Shown: in pieces, positions 8,367 to 20,200 of the stretch
Position numbering within the stretch: position 1 is the first letter of the stretch
Layout of the letters: each line of letters starts with the position of its first letter
Assembly (NCBI GenBank): GCA_045863235.1
Contig: BTUM01000091.1
Span: 1-29,958, forward strand
Direction of reading: 5' to 3'
Length of the DNA: 29,958 nt
DNA from: Candidatus Xenobia bacterium
GTDB lineage: Bacteria > Vulcanimicrobiota > Xenobia > Xenobiales > QWHO01
The notes under the pieces: generated by a model
What the model saw: only the letters and a program-made list of their open reading frames with translations
Database searches by the model: none
What the model was told of the DNA's origin: nothing
Made by a program: the position numbers and the translations under genes

Positions 8367-8401
8367 GGGTCCATTCTGAACTAGGTTCAGGACTAAGTCA
8401 A
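8364..8401 (-). promoter_or_regulatory. Sigma70-type promoter, likely leaderless, with palindromic operator for TA operon 2
   Basis: Minus strand: TTGACT (8401-8396), 17 nt, CAGAAT (8378-8373), 6 nt, GTG. Palindrome CTGAAC-tag-GTTCAG at 8376-8390. Confidence 0.7.
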
Positions 8402-8520
8402 TTTTGCGCGACTTTCATTCGCCTTTCAGGACCGCTAGCGGCGGGGTATGAGCCTACGAGCCCACGCCGTCAGACCGACGCGGCCATCCAGAATCTTGAG
8501 CCCGACGGTGGAGGCTCCCT

Positions 8521-9876
8521 TCAGGGGGTTATGGTAATTTCGGTGCCAGTCGTCCCCTGCTCGTTCATACCGTCAAGATCTGCTGCTGGAAGCGCCGGGT
8601 CGGTCGGCAGGGCCTCTAGATTGAAGCTCCCGGTATAGAGAAACTGGCTCTGATCGGGTGCCAGGGTCGTCAGGGTGACCTGATAGACGCCAGGCGGGAA
8701 CTGATTGGCTTCGGCACGGCGGATGGAGAAAACGCCTGATCTCAGGGTAGGCAGGCCGGTGAGGGTCGTATTGCTCCCGAAGGTCTGGACAGCGGTCACG
8801 CCCGAGGGCGACCTGACGAGTAGAGTTTGCGGCTGGATGGGCCCCTCGAAGTAGTAGCTGAGGAGCAGGCTCACTCCGTCGCGATCGCGCTTTTGCACCG
8901 CCTGGCTGAGCTCGCCGCCAGGAGCGCTGGCCTGCTTGGGAATGAGCTTGCCCCCGGTGGCGTCAACGGGTTGACGCACCAACGGATGAAGAACCAGACA
9001 CTCGCCCTGAAATGCCTCGACACCGCGGACGAAGCTGTCATAGCTGACCCAGGCGAACCCACCTTCCCCCCAGAGCCCGGGCGCCCAGCTGTTCATGATT
9101 CGGAAAGCCTGAAGCGAGTCATCGTAACCGACCACGGCCATCGCGTGGCCTCCGTCGCCAAAGCTCTCTTGCTGCCGATAGACCCCTGCCCGGTAACGAA
9201 AGAAGTCGGGTGCCAGGCTGGTAGAATACACCACTGCCCGATTCTCAGACACCTGACCCTTGATTTGATCGACCAGGCTGGAGCCCCCAGGAAGCATGGC
9301 ATAACTGCCAGCGATGAATCGAAAATCCTGGGGAAGGGCCGTGTCAATGCTTAGAATCTGCTGACAGGCCAACTTCTCGTCCAGGTTCGGCAAGGGGTAT
9401 GCGATTGAGGCTCGCGTGGGAGAGCCTTTCTCGACCAGTGTCTCGAGGTAGAGTGCCGGATTCGATCCGACGCAATCGTTGCTTCCCTGGAGCTGGAGAA
9501 CCCGGCGGTAGAGCCAGGCTGGATTGGTCTGGTCCACCTCCTGGGAAGGGTCGATTCCGGCTTGTCGCGCCGCACTCTGGGTTCCGACCGCGTAACCGGC
9601 CGCTAAGGCCGCGCAAGAGCCTACTCGCCCCTGGTCCGCCGGCGGGGGGAGATTGCTGACCTGGGCTGAGGCTGGTAGCGCTCGGTCCTGGCGATCGACC
9701 AGGTCAAAATCCAGTTCCTTCGGGATGCTGGCTTCTTCCTCGGGGCTCAGGCCGATCGCTCCCGTGAAGAAGGCCGGTTCGACCGGGGCGGGTTGCCCGA
9801 CGATGGGTGGATCTGCTCCGCCACAGCCTGGCGACAGGCAAACAATGGCTAAGAGAAGGATCAAATGGGCTCGCAT
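8521..9876 (-). CDS. Papain-like (C1A) cysteine peptidase, predicted lipoprotein, with C-terminal beta-rich extension
   Basis: Signal peptide ending LSPG-C. Catalytic motifs DQGRVGSC, GGHAMAVVGYDD and IMNSW...WGEGG. SD GGAGGTG precedes the ATG. Confidence 0.88.
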   Translation of the reverse strand: MRAHLILLLAIVCLSPGCGGADPPIVGQPAPVEPAFFTGAIGLSPEEEASIPKELDFDLVDRQDRALPASAQVSNLPPPADQGRVGSCAALAAGYAVGTQSAARQAGIDPSQEVDQTNPAWLYRRVLQLQGSNDCVGSNPALYLETLVEKGSPTRASIAYPLPNLDEKLACQQILSIDTALPQDFRFIAGSYAMLPGGSSLVDQIKGQVSENRAVVYSTSLAPDFFRYRAGVYRQQESFGDGGHAMAVVGYDDSLQAFRIMNSWAPGLWGEGGFAWVSYDSFVRGVEAFQGECLVLHPLVRQPVDATGGKLIPKQASAPGGELSQAVQKRDRDGVSLLLSYYFEGPIQPQTLLVRSPSGVTAVQTFGSNTTLTGLPTLRSGVFSIRRAEANQFPPGVYQVTLTTLAPDQSQFLYTGSFNLEALPTDPALPAADLDGMNEQGTTGTEITITP

Positions 9877-10337
9877 GTGATCACCTCCAGATGAACTTCT
9901 TCAGAGACCGGGGCCAGCCCAATGTGGGTTCCAGTCTAAGCAGCTCGAACGGATTTCGGGAGAGAGAGACTCCATCTTTCGGCGAGCAAGGTTGAGGCGC
10001 TGCGGGGGCTCACCGGTTGCCTTTCGGGGAGCGAGGCGGAAGGACCTTTAAGCGGGAGACCCGCTGTCCTACCTAGGCCGAGGTTTACAGACACGCTCGT
10101 CCAGCGTGTAGTCACCGGCCTTCCGCGCTTTCTCTCGTTCGCGCTCAATGTGTCGAGCGCGTTGTCTACTCAGCTTGAACTCGGACTTTCTTCCCGTCCT
10201 TCTGTAACCCGAGTTGCTGGAACGGAGGCCTCATCTCTCCGTGAATTTGGGTTGTGTTCAGTGAAGTATCGGAGCCAGTCTACCAGTCAAGAGGAAGCTG
10301 GCTTGTCTCGTCCTGGTGCATGGGAGGCGCCTCGGCG

Positions 10338-11772
<1,435 letters not shown>

Positions 11773-11789
<17 letters not shown>

Positions 11790-13680
11790 AGGCAACCTCC
11801 GTCTCGAGCGCAGGTCCGCTCAGGTAGTCTCTCTGCTTTTTCCGTTTGACCTCGTACTCGGCCCGGGCCTGCTGCACCGACTCCAGGCTGCTCACCTCGG
11901 CCACGGGCACGTCCCACCACGACTCGAAGCCGCCCACCCGGGTGTCTCGGTGGGTGGGAACGAAGATGACCGTGGTGCGAGTGCTGGCCCGGGCCTGCTG
12001 CAGGGCTTGCTCGAGCTCTTCCAGGCTTCGGGCGCTGAGCGTGAGAGCGCCCAGGCTGCGGGCGTTGGCCTCCAGGTCCACCGGCAGGCTCTCCCCGTCG
12101 AGCTGGCCCGAGGCCGGGTTGCGGGCGCGGTAGAAAGTGCCAAAGCCCTGCGAGCCGACCGACTCGGACAATCCGCCGATGCTGGCAAAGCCGCCGTTGT
12201 CGAGCAGCACCACGATCAGCTTGAGGCCTTCCTGCACCGAAGTCACCAGCTCCTGGGCCATCATCAGGTAGGATCCGTCTCCCACCATCACATAGACATC
12301 GCGCTCGGGGTCGGCCATCTTCACGCCCAGCCCACCGGCGATCTCGTAGCCCATGCACGAGTAGCCGTACTCCATGTGGTAGCCCCGCGCCTCGCGCGTG
12401 CGCCACAGCTTGTGCAGATCGCCCGGCAGGCTGCCGGCGGCGCAAACCACCACGTCCTGGGGCCGCGAGAGCCGGTTGACCGCCCCCACCACCGCGCTCT
12501 GGGCCAGTCCCTCGGGAGCGCTCGCCTCATACAGCTGGCTCACTGTCCGGTCCCACTCGGCCGCCAGCTGGCGGTATTGGGCGCGGTAGCTCTCCTCCAC
12601 CCGGTAGTCCCCGAGCAGCGCTCCTAGCTCCGAAAGGCTTTCCCGGGCATCGCCCACCACGGCCAGGGCGGCGTGCTTGAAGGCGTCCACTTCGGCCACG
12701 TTCAGGTTGATGAAGCCCACCTCGGGGTGCTGAAAAGCCGACTTGGAAGCAGTGGTAAAGTCGCTCCAGCGGGTGCCTACCCCGATCACCAGGTCGGCCT
12801 CGCGGGCAACCAGGTTGGCGGCCCGGGTGCCGGTGGCCCCGATGGCTCCCAGCGCGCAGGCGTGGTCGTAAGCCAGCGAGCCCTTGCCCGCCTGGGTCTC
12901 GCCCACGGGGATGCCAGTGCGCTCGGCCAGCTCGGCCAGGGCCCGCTCGGCGGCCGAGTAGAGCACGCCCCCACCGGCCACCAGCAGGGGTCTGCGCGCC
13001 CTGCGGATGAGCCGGGCGGCCTGCTCGAGCGAGCGCCGATCGGCCCGGGCCCGGGGGATACTCCAGACCCGCTTCGTAAAGAGCTGCTCGGGGTAGTCGT
13101 AGCTTTCGGTCTGCACGTCCTGGGGCAGGCAGAGCGTCACGGCGCCCGTGTCGGCGGGCGAGAGCAGAATCCGCATGGCCTCCATCAGGGCCGAGGGGAG
13201 CTGGTCGGGGCGCTGGATGCGGTCGAAGTAGCGCGACACGGGGCGGAAGCAGTCGTTGACGGTCAGGTCCAGGCTGGAGGGGATCTCGAGCTGCTGCAGC
13301 ACGGGCGCCACGTTGCGCCGCGCAAAGGTGTCGGCCGGCAGGAGCAGGACGGGAATGCAGTTGATGGTGGCCCCGGCGGCGCCGGTGATCATGTTGGTGG
13401 CGCCCGGGCCCACCGACGTGGTGCAGGCCAGGATCTGAGTGCGGCGCTGGTGCTTGGCAAAGGCCGCGGCGGCGTGCACCATGGCCTGCTCGTTGCGGCT
13501 CTGGTAGTAGGTCAGCTCGGGATACTGCTGCAGGGCCTGGCCCACGCCGGCCAGGTTGCCGTGGCCGAAGATGCCGAAGCAGCCGGGCACGAAGCGGCGC
13601 TCGACGCCGTCGTGCGCGGAGTACTGGCGGGTGAGAAAGAGCACCAGCGCCTGGGCCATGGTGAGTCGCACGGTGGGCAC
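11773..13680 (-). CDS. iolD: 3D-(3,5/4)-trihydroxycyclohexane-1,2-dione acylhydrolase (ThDP-dependent, myo-inositol catabolism)
   Basis: [55 protein letters not shown] and WWDVPVAE. Confidence 0.95.
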
Positions 13681-13683
13681 CTC

Positions 13684-14379
13684 TCAGTTCTGGCTGGGTT
13701 TGGGAAACAGCCGCACGCTGCGCATGATTTTCTGGGCCCGCACGTCGGTCTGCACGTCGCGCAAGAGGTCGACCAGAATGCGGGCCCGCTCGGCCACGTC
13801 CACCTGCTCGAGCAGGCTCTGCTTCTGGTAGGGGCCGAGCAGGGGCAGGTTGGCCGCCAGCAGGTCCAGCAACTGGCCCGGATTGGAGTGCTTGCGCGAG
13901 AGCAAGACTTCGCCGGGGAACTCGGCCAGGGTGCGCAGCAAGGAGTCGAAGATGCGCAGGGTCTCGCCGAGATGCTCGTGCAGCCGAGCGGCGCTGATGG
14001 GGGTGAGAGAGTCAGGCAGAAGCTGGGCTTCGCAGATCCGGTAGGGGTTGTTCCTGACCTCGCGCCCCAGCCGCACCCGCGAGAGCCCCAAAAGGCGAAT
14101 GTTGAAGCGCCCGTCGGGCAGCCGGTCGACCTTCTCGAGCTTGCCCATGCAGGCGACCGAGAAGACCTCGGGCGACTCGAAGTAGGTCTCCTCCCAGCCC
14201 TCTTTCAGCAGCACCACGCCGATGAGCCGCTCGCCCGTGGCCACGTCCTGCACCATCTGCCGGTAGCGCGGCTCGAAGACGTGCAGGGGATGGCGGGTGC
14301 CGGGAAACATGACCGCATTGGGCAGGGGAAAGAGGGGTAGACGTCCCGAGAACGTTTCCAGAGCGGGATCGCGCGTCAT
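13684..14379 (-). CDS. Stand-alone Lon peptidase substrate-binding (LON N-terminal) domain protein
   Basis: LPLFPLPNAVMFPG...PLHVFEPRYRQMV, DGRFNIRLLG and KQSLLE. No AAA+ or protease domain. Confidence 0.88.
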   Translation of the reverse strand: MTRDPALETFSGRLPLFPLPNAVMFPGTRHPLHVFEPRYRQMVQDVATGERLIGVVLLKEGWEETYFESPEVFSVACMGKLEKVDRLPDGRFNIRLLGLSRVRLGREVRNNPYRICEAQLLPDSLTPISAARLHEHLGETLRIFDSLLRTLAEFPGEVLLSRKHSNPGQLLDLLAANLPLLGPYQKQSLLEQVDVAERARILVDLLRDVQTDVRAQKIMRSVRLFPKPSQN

Positions 14380-14401
14380 CAAACCAACTTCTCGCTGAGT
14401 C

Positions 14402-14947
14402 TCAGCTCACCTCTTGGAGCCCGCGCTTGCGCTCGGGCTCGGGCTGCACGGTCTCGAAACTGAGCGTGCCGAGCACCAGGTCGGCCAGGGGCAGCACCAC
14501 GTTGTAGTTGATGCGCGAGCGATGATGGTGGCGCCGATGGTGCTCGGACAGGAAGCGGAACCAGGCGCTGTTGCGGAACCAGAACCTGTCCGGGCAGTGG
14601 ATGGACCAGTGCAGCATCTCGTAGGCCAGCATGTAGAGGGCCGTACCCAGCGCGCATCCGAACGAGGCCCACGGCCCCCAGCCCAGGTAGACCAGTCCGA
14701 AGACAGGGAAGTGCAGCATCCAGACCAGGGGCATCGCCGAGGTCTCGAACAGGTGGTACTCCTCCAGGTCATCCTCGGCGGCGGTGAACTTGCCCGGCGC
14801 CCGCCGCTCGGCGTGGTGCTTGACGGCGTGCCGCTCGACGGCCACCGGCAGCCAGAGGGTGGTGTGCATGAAGTACTTGTGGATGAACCACTCGATGAAG
14901 CTTGCCAGCAGAAGCGAGAGGAGCAACCAGGCGAAGAATCCGAGCAT
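14402..14947 (-). CDS. Fatty acid hydroxylase/sterol desaturase family membrane protein
   Basis: His boxes HKYFMH, HAVKHH, HWSIH and HHRRHH, plus NYNV...DLVLGT. Hydrophobic segments present. Confidence 0.85.
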   Translation of the reverse strand: MLGFFAWLLLSLLLASFIEWFIHKYFMHTTLWLPVAVERHAVKHHAERRAPGKFTAAEDDLEEYHLFETSAMPLVWMLHFPVFGLVYLGWGPWASFGCALGTALYMLAYEMLHWSIHCPDRFWFRNSAWFRFLSEHHRRHHHRSRINYNVVLPLADLVLGTLSFETVQPEPERKRGLQEVS

Positions 14948-15045
14948 TGCCGGGGGAGATTCTCGCGCGCGCCTGGCAACCCTGCCTCAACCGAGCAAGG
15001 GAGGCAACGCCCATCCAGCCAATGCTCCCTGGCGCGGGCTCAGCC

Positions 15046-15084
15046 TTGACTCTCGATTTAACTATGGAATAAACTATAGATATG
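15046..15084 (+). promoter_or_regulatory. Sigma70-type promoter, likely leaderless, for TA operon 3
   Basis: TTGACT (15046-15051), 18 nt, TAAACT (15070-15075), 6 nt, ATG 15082. AACTAT direct repeat overlaps the promoter. Confidence 0.65.
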
Positions 15085-15345
15085 TCGTCGGTTTACCTTC
15101 CTCCGGAGGTCAAATCGCGCCTGGCTCGAGCCGCGCAGCGTCGGGGCTTTGCGGTCGGGCGCGGACGCACATCGCAACTGGCCGATTACATCGCTTACCT
15201 GGTCGATCTGGACGAGCGTTACGGAGGAGCTCCGGGCAGGCTCTCCACTCTACCCCGGGCTCTGGGGCTTCTGGCCACAGGGCTCGAGCCGCCAGATGAC
15301 GGCGAGGTGGCGGAGTTGCTGGCCGAGCGCAGGCTGAATTTTTGA
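15082..15345 (+). CDS. Putative antitoxin (small DNA-binding-like protein upstream of PIN toxin)
   Basis: 87 aa with a beta-strand/helix-like start (SVYLPPEVKSRLARAA). 4-nt overlap with the PIN gene. Family not firmly recognised. Confidence 0.7.
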   Translation: MSSVYLPPEVKSRLARAAQRRGFAVGRGRTSQLADYIAYLVDLDERYGGAPGRLSTLPRALGLLATGLEPPDDGEVAELLAERRLNF

Positions 15346-15764
15346 CGCCGCGCGTTCTTCTGGACACGAACGTGGTTCTGGATGTTCTCCTGGCCCGCGA
15401 TCCCTGGCTGAACGATTCTCGGGCCCTGTGGGACGCGGTGGACCAGGGCTTGCTCAAAGCCTACCTGCCTGCTTCGGCCTTGACCGACATTTACTATGTC
15501 GCTCGGCGGCTGAGCACACGAGCCCGTGCCCGCGAGGCGGTTCAGGTTTGCCTGGACGCTTTCTCGCTGGGGGCCATCGACCGCTACGTTCTCGAGCGCG
15601 CTCAAGCCCTCTCCGGGCCCGACTATGAGGACGACGTGCTGATCGCTTGTGCCGAGCTGCTCGGATTGGATGGCATCGTCACTCGCGACGTGGCCGACTT
15701 TGCCTCAGCGGCATTGAGTGTGTGGACCCCTCGCGAGTTCCTGGATCGCCTCTTTGAGTCCTAG
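15342..15764 (+). CDS. PIN domain protein (VapC-like toxin)
   Basis: VLLDTNVVLDVLLAR, LTDIYY, DYEDD and IVTRDVADF. Confidence 0.9.
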   Translation: MTPRVLLDTNVVLDVLLARDPWLNDSRALWDAVDQGLLKAYLPASALTDIYYVARRLSTRARAREAVQVCLDAFSLGAIDRYVLERAQALSGPDYEDDVLIACAELLGLDGIVTRDVADFASAALSVWTPREFLDRLFES

Positions 15765-15882
15765 GTGCGGCCAGAATCGGCGTGGGTCAGGTCGTATCCG
15801 AGGGGTGCACGGCCTGAAGGCGGATAGTTGGGCTGACTCCGTCGAGCAGGTCGGGTCGCCGCGTGGTTGAAAGCACCTCAGA

Positions 15883-17223
15883 ATGCCCCCGATCGAGACG
15901 CATCAACCGAAGCCCCGTGCCATTCTGGTCGGGGTCCCCCTGCCCTCGATGACGGACGAGGAAAACGAGGAATCCCTGACCGAGCTTGGTCGCCTGGCCA
16001 GGACTCTCGGTTATGAGGTCGTGAACCGCATCTCTCAGCGGCGCCAGTCTCTTAGCGGAGGCACGGTGCTGGGCGAGGGCAAGCTGCGGGAGCTGGCCTC
16101 CTTCACGGGCGGGCGGGGCCACGTGGAGCGCAAGCCCCAGGCCAGGAAGAGCAAGGCCGCCCAGCGTTGGGCCGAGCCTGACGACCACGCTCCGGTGCCG
16201 GCCGAGCCCGAGCTAGCCGATATCGATGTGGTCATCTTCGACTGCGAGCTCACCCCCTCCCAACTGGCCAACGTCCAGAACGCCACAGGGGTGCAAGTGC
16301 TGGATCGCACCGGCATCATCGTGGAGATCTTCAGCCGGCATGCGCGCACGCGCGAGGCCCGCCTGCAGGTGGAGATCGCCCGCCTGACCTATCTGGCGCC
16401 GCGGGTGCGTTTCGCGGGCCGAGGTCCGGCTGACCGCCAGGGAATGGCCGGCGAGAAGGCGCTGGAGCTCGACAAGCGCAAGATCCGCGACCGCATTTCC
16501 GAGTTGACCCAGGAGATCCAGGCCGTGCACAAGGAAGAGTCGGCGGGTCGGGCCCTGCGCGCCGAGCAGCCCTGCGTGGCGCTGGTGGGTTACACGAATG
16601 CCGGCAAGTCCTCGCTGATGCGCGCCTTGACCGGAAGCGAGGTGCTGGTGGCGGACAAGCTCTTCGCCACTCTGGATACCACGGTGCGAGCTCTGGCGCC
16701 GGCGACAATTCCCAGGATCTTGATCTCGGACACCGTCGGGTTCATCAAGCGGCTGCCGCACGATCTGGTGGCCTCCTTTCGCTCCACCCTGGAGGAGGCT
16801 CGCAACGCCTGGCTGCTGCTGTACGTGGTGGACGCCTCCGATCCGACATTCCGCTCGCAGTTGCAGGTGACCCGGGAAGTGCTGGAGGGGATCGATGTCT
16901 CGTCCATCCCCGCTCGCCTGGTTTTGAACAAGTGCGACAAGCTTTCCGCCGCGGAGCTGACCGAGCTGCGCGCCGAGTTCCCCGAGGCCTGGCTGCTCTC
17001 GGCCAAGAACCCTGGAGATGTAGCCGACCTGCGCTCGCGGCTGGTGAGTTTCTTCGAGCAGGACATGGTGGAGGAGGAGATCTTCATCCCCTACACCGAG
17101 CCCAGGAGAATAGGGCCGATCCGCAGCGGTTTTCGCGTGCTCAGCGAACGGAGCAACGAGTTGGGCACTTACCTGCTGGTGCGGGGCTACGAAGCGGATC
17201 TGAGGCGGGCCAGAGAGAGCTAA
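15883..17223 (+). CDS. hflX: Ribosome-associated GTPase HflX
   Basis: LTPSQ...DRTGIIVEIFSRHARTREARLQVE; G1 GYTNAGKS, LFATLD, DTVGFI, NKCD, SAK. Confidence 0.95.
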   Translation: MPPIETHQPKPRAILVGVPLPSMTDEENEESLTELGRLARTLGYEVVNRISQRRQSLSGGTVLGEGKLRELASFTGGRGHVERKPQARKSKAAQRWAEPDDHAPVPAEPELADIDVVIFDCELTPSQLANVQNATGVQVLDRTGIIVEIFSRHARTREARLQVEIARLTYLAPRVRFAGRGPADRQGMAGEKALELDKRKIRDRISELTQEIQAVHKEESAGRALRAEQPCVALVGYTNAGKSSLMRALTGSEVLVADKLFATLDTTVRALAPATIPRILISDTVGFIKRLPHDLVASFRSTLEEARNAWLLLYVVDASDPTFRSQLQVTREVLEGIDVSSIPARLVLNKCDKLSAAELTELRAEFPEAWLLSAKNPGDVADLRSRLVSFFEQDMVEEEIFIPYTEPRRIGPIRSGFRVLSERSNELGTYLLVRGYEADLRRARES

Positions 17224-17249
17224 GTGCAAGGCCAAAGGCCTTGCGCTTT
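17222..17249. terminator. Probable bidirectional terminator hairpin between convergent hflX and the 1160-aa gene
   Basis: GCAAGGCC-aaa-GGCCTTGC at 17226-17244, extendable, flanked by short A/T runs. Confidence 0.6.
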
Positions 17250-20200
17250 AAAGCTGCAACCGCTCGTAGCGCGGGATCAACCCCGCCAGCATGGTCTGCA
17301 CCAGCCGCAGGTTCTCGCTGGGGATGTTGAACACCCCCGACACTGTGATGGCCAGCCCCGTCAGGGAGGGAGCCCCGCCCGCGGGCGCGGGGGCGGCAGG
17401 AGCGGCGGCTCGCTCGCCTGGCTGGCGGGCGATGGCAGCCAGGGCGCGCAGGTCTTTCTCGATGGCCGGATCGCGGCGCAGGGGACTGTCGCGGTCGTAC
17501 ATCGGCACGAAGCGGTGCTGGCGCGAGCGGAACACCATCAGCTCGTCGGCGTAGAGCGAGCCGCAGTGCAAGAACAGCTCGGGCTGGCCGGCCAGCAGGC
17601 GAGCCTCCTCGGGGCGGGGCAACCAGCGCACGAGCAGCGTCTCAGTCCCCTCCACCATCCGCGCAAAGAGGGGAGAGAGGCGGTCCTTGCCCCGGATGGC
17701 GCAGGCCTGGTTGGGCTCGAGGTGGAGCAGCCAGGGATTTTCCAGGGCCGCTCCCCGGCGAGAGGCATAGCCGCGGAATTCGCCCACCAGCTCGGCCAGG
17801 TTCTCAACCTGCAAGAGGTCGCGCAGGCTCGACTTGCGCTCTTCGGCAAAGTCCTGCCAGGCGCGCACCGAGTCGCCCAGCAGCCGGTCGAGCTGATCCT
17901 CGGGCAGCAGCATCAGGAAGCGGTGCTCGTCCATGGACAGATCGCTGCGGAAGGTGTCGTTCAAGCGCGCCACCTGGTCGGTCAGGCTGGCCATCAGGGC
18001 CGGGTCGGCGAGCCGGCGCGAGAGAGGCGACAGCGCCGCCTCCGAGCTCTGCAGCCAGTCGTCGAGCTCGGCCTGGATCTCTTCCAGCTCTTGCGGGTCG
18101 ACCGTGCGCCCCTTCTTGCGCGCTTTGGCGCGCCGCTTCCCGCCCACCAGCCGGCATTGGGCCGTTTCCGGCAGGGGGGCCAGCTCCTCCAGGCTCAGGG
18201 CCGCCAGCGAGCGGGCCGCGGCCCGGGCGATTCCGGTCTTCTCGCTCTCCAGGAAGCGCGAAAGGGCATAGCTCACGGCCAGTTGCTGCTGGGGGGCATA
18301 GGCCACCAGATCGCTGCCCATCAACCGGGCCGCCTGCATGCGCACCACCGGGTCGTTGGAGTCGCTCAAGGCGAAGAGGCGGTCGAGCAAGAGCTCGCGG
18401 AACTTCTCGCGGTGGTAGTACTTGCGAAGGCCCGGCAGCTCGATCTCCTGGCACATCCGGTAGAGGATGGTCAGCACCGCGAAGTCCTCCATCTCGGCAA
18501 GGTCCAGGCTCTGCAGCAGAGGCTCGGCCAGCTCGAGCTCGACCCGGGCCTCGCCCTGACCGCTCAGAGCGTGCACCAGCGCGTTGCGGGTGGGCACGTC
18601 CACCACTCCCACCAGCAGAGCGCGCAGAGAGGGCGTGCGCAGCTTCTGGCGCAGCCGGGCCAGGTGCTGGGGATGCTGGGCCAGGTTGTACCACAGCCAG
18701 GGGCGGGTGAGGTGGGCCTCCAGGCCGTCATAGATGCGATCGAGCCGCTGCTGGCGCAGGCCCCGTTCTTCCGGCCGGCCTAGCAGAAAGTCATGGCTGG
18801 GCTCATACAGCCGGGCCGGGCAGCCGGTCAGGTCGGGAAACTCCACCACCTCGCCGGCCCACTCCTGCCCGTGCTCGGGGGGCTCGAGCAGCTCTTGCTC
18901 GGAGGCGAGCTTCTCCACGAACCGATAGTGGGCGTTGCCGCGCTGGTCGCGATACAGGGTCACGAAGTCCTTGCGCCAGCGCAGGTCGCTGGCCTGGACT
19001 TTCTCGGTGCGGGCCACCACCCGGCCCAGGAAGTTGTAGAGGTGGTAGCCGTCGATGAAGCTGAAGGCGCCTTTCAAGAGCTCGCGCGAGGCCGCGTCGG
19101 TGGCCCGGTGGGCCGAGTCGAGCTTGCGCCACTGCACCTTCTTGTCTTCCGAGCCGAAGCAGGCCATCAGGCCTGGACAGGCCCGGGCGAGCACCTCGAG
19201 ATCGTGCTCGTGGAGGTAGTCGAGCACCGGCAGATGGGCCAGGATCTCCCCCGTGAAGGTGAGGCCACGCGAGCGCAGGGGCACGATCTCGGTGGGGGAG
19301 GTCACGCACAAGGTCAGCACCCCGGCCTGATCGGGCTCCAGGAAGCGGGCCACCAGCCCTCCCCGGGTCAGCCGCAGGAGCTGCATCAAGCCCTCCCAGA
19401 GCTGGCTCTGTCGCTCGGCCTCCAGGCGCAGCGGGCGAAGCTCGGCGTCGAAGGCCCCCGAGATGGCCACCATGCCGTAGAGCGAGGTGTCCAGGAAGCC
19501 GCGCTGGGGGGTAAGGCCCTCGATGTCCTCCTCGCTCAGGATGCCGGCCTCGAAGTCGACGTAGATGCCCAGCGCGGCCAGGGTGTCCGGCTGCACGGGG
19601 CGACCCAGGTTGGCCAGGTAGGTCTTGAGGGCCTCGTGCTCGTCGTTGGTCAGCACCTGGTCGGCTCCCACTCGCTGCATCAGGTGGGCCACCCGCGTGC
19701 GGGAGCGCTCGCTGCCGCTGTCTTCGGCCAGGTCGGCCAGGATGGTCAGGGCCGTTCTGCGTCCCACCGTGGACTGCAAAAAGGCGCAGGCCCGTTGCAC
19801 CTGGTCTGGTTCGCCCAGCGGCGGACGGATCTCCCGCCACGGCTCGCTCTCCACCCCCAGGAAGGCGGCCGCCGCCTCGGCTGCGACGAGGCTGGTCTCC
19901 AGGGCCACCCCTCGTTCGATCAGCTCGTCGAGGTGCTCGCGCGTCAGTCGCTCGAGCCAGATGTCGGCCAGCAAAGTCATGGCGGCCAGCGTGTTGGGAT
20001 TGATGGGACGGCCCACCCGGGTCAGATCGACGCCCAGGTCGGTCAGCACCGGGTTGGAGAAATCGTGGCTCTGGCTCAGTGTCTCCTGCATGACCGCGAT
20101 CATGCTCTGGACGTGGGGCTCCTGTACCCGCCGGGCCAGCGAGGTCAGGCTGCGCAAGGCGGTGCGTCGATGGTGGATGGTGGCCTTGAGAAAGGCTACC

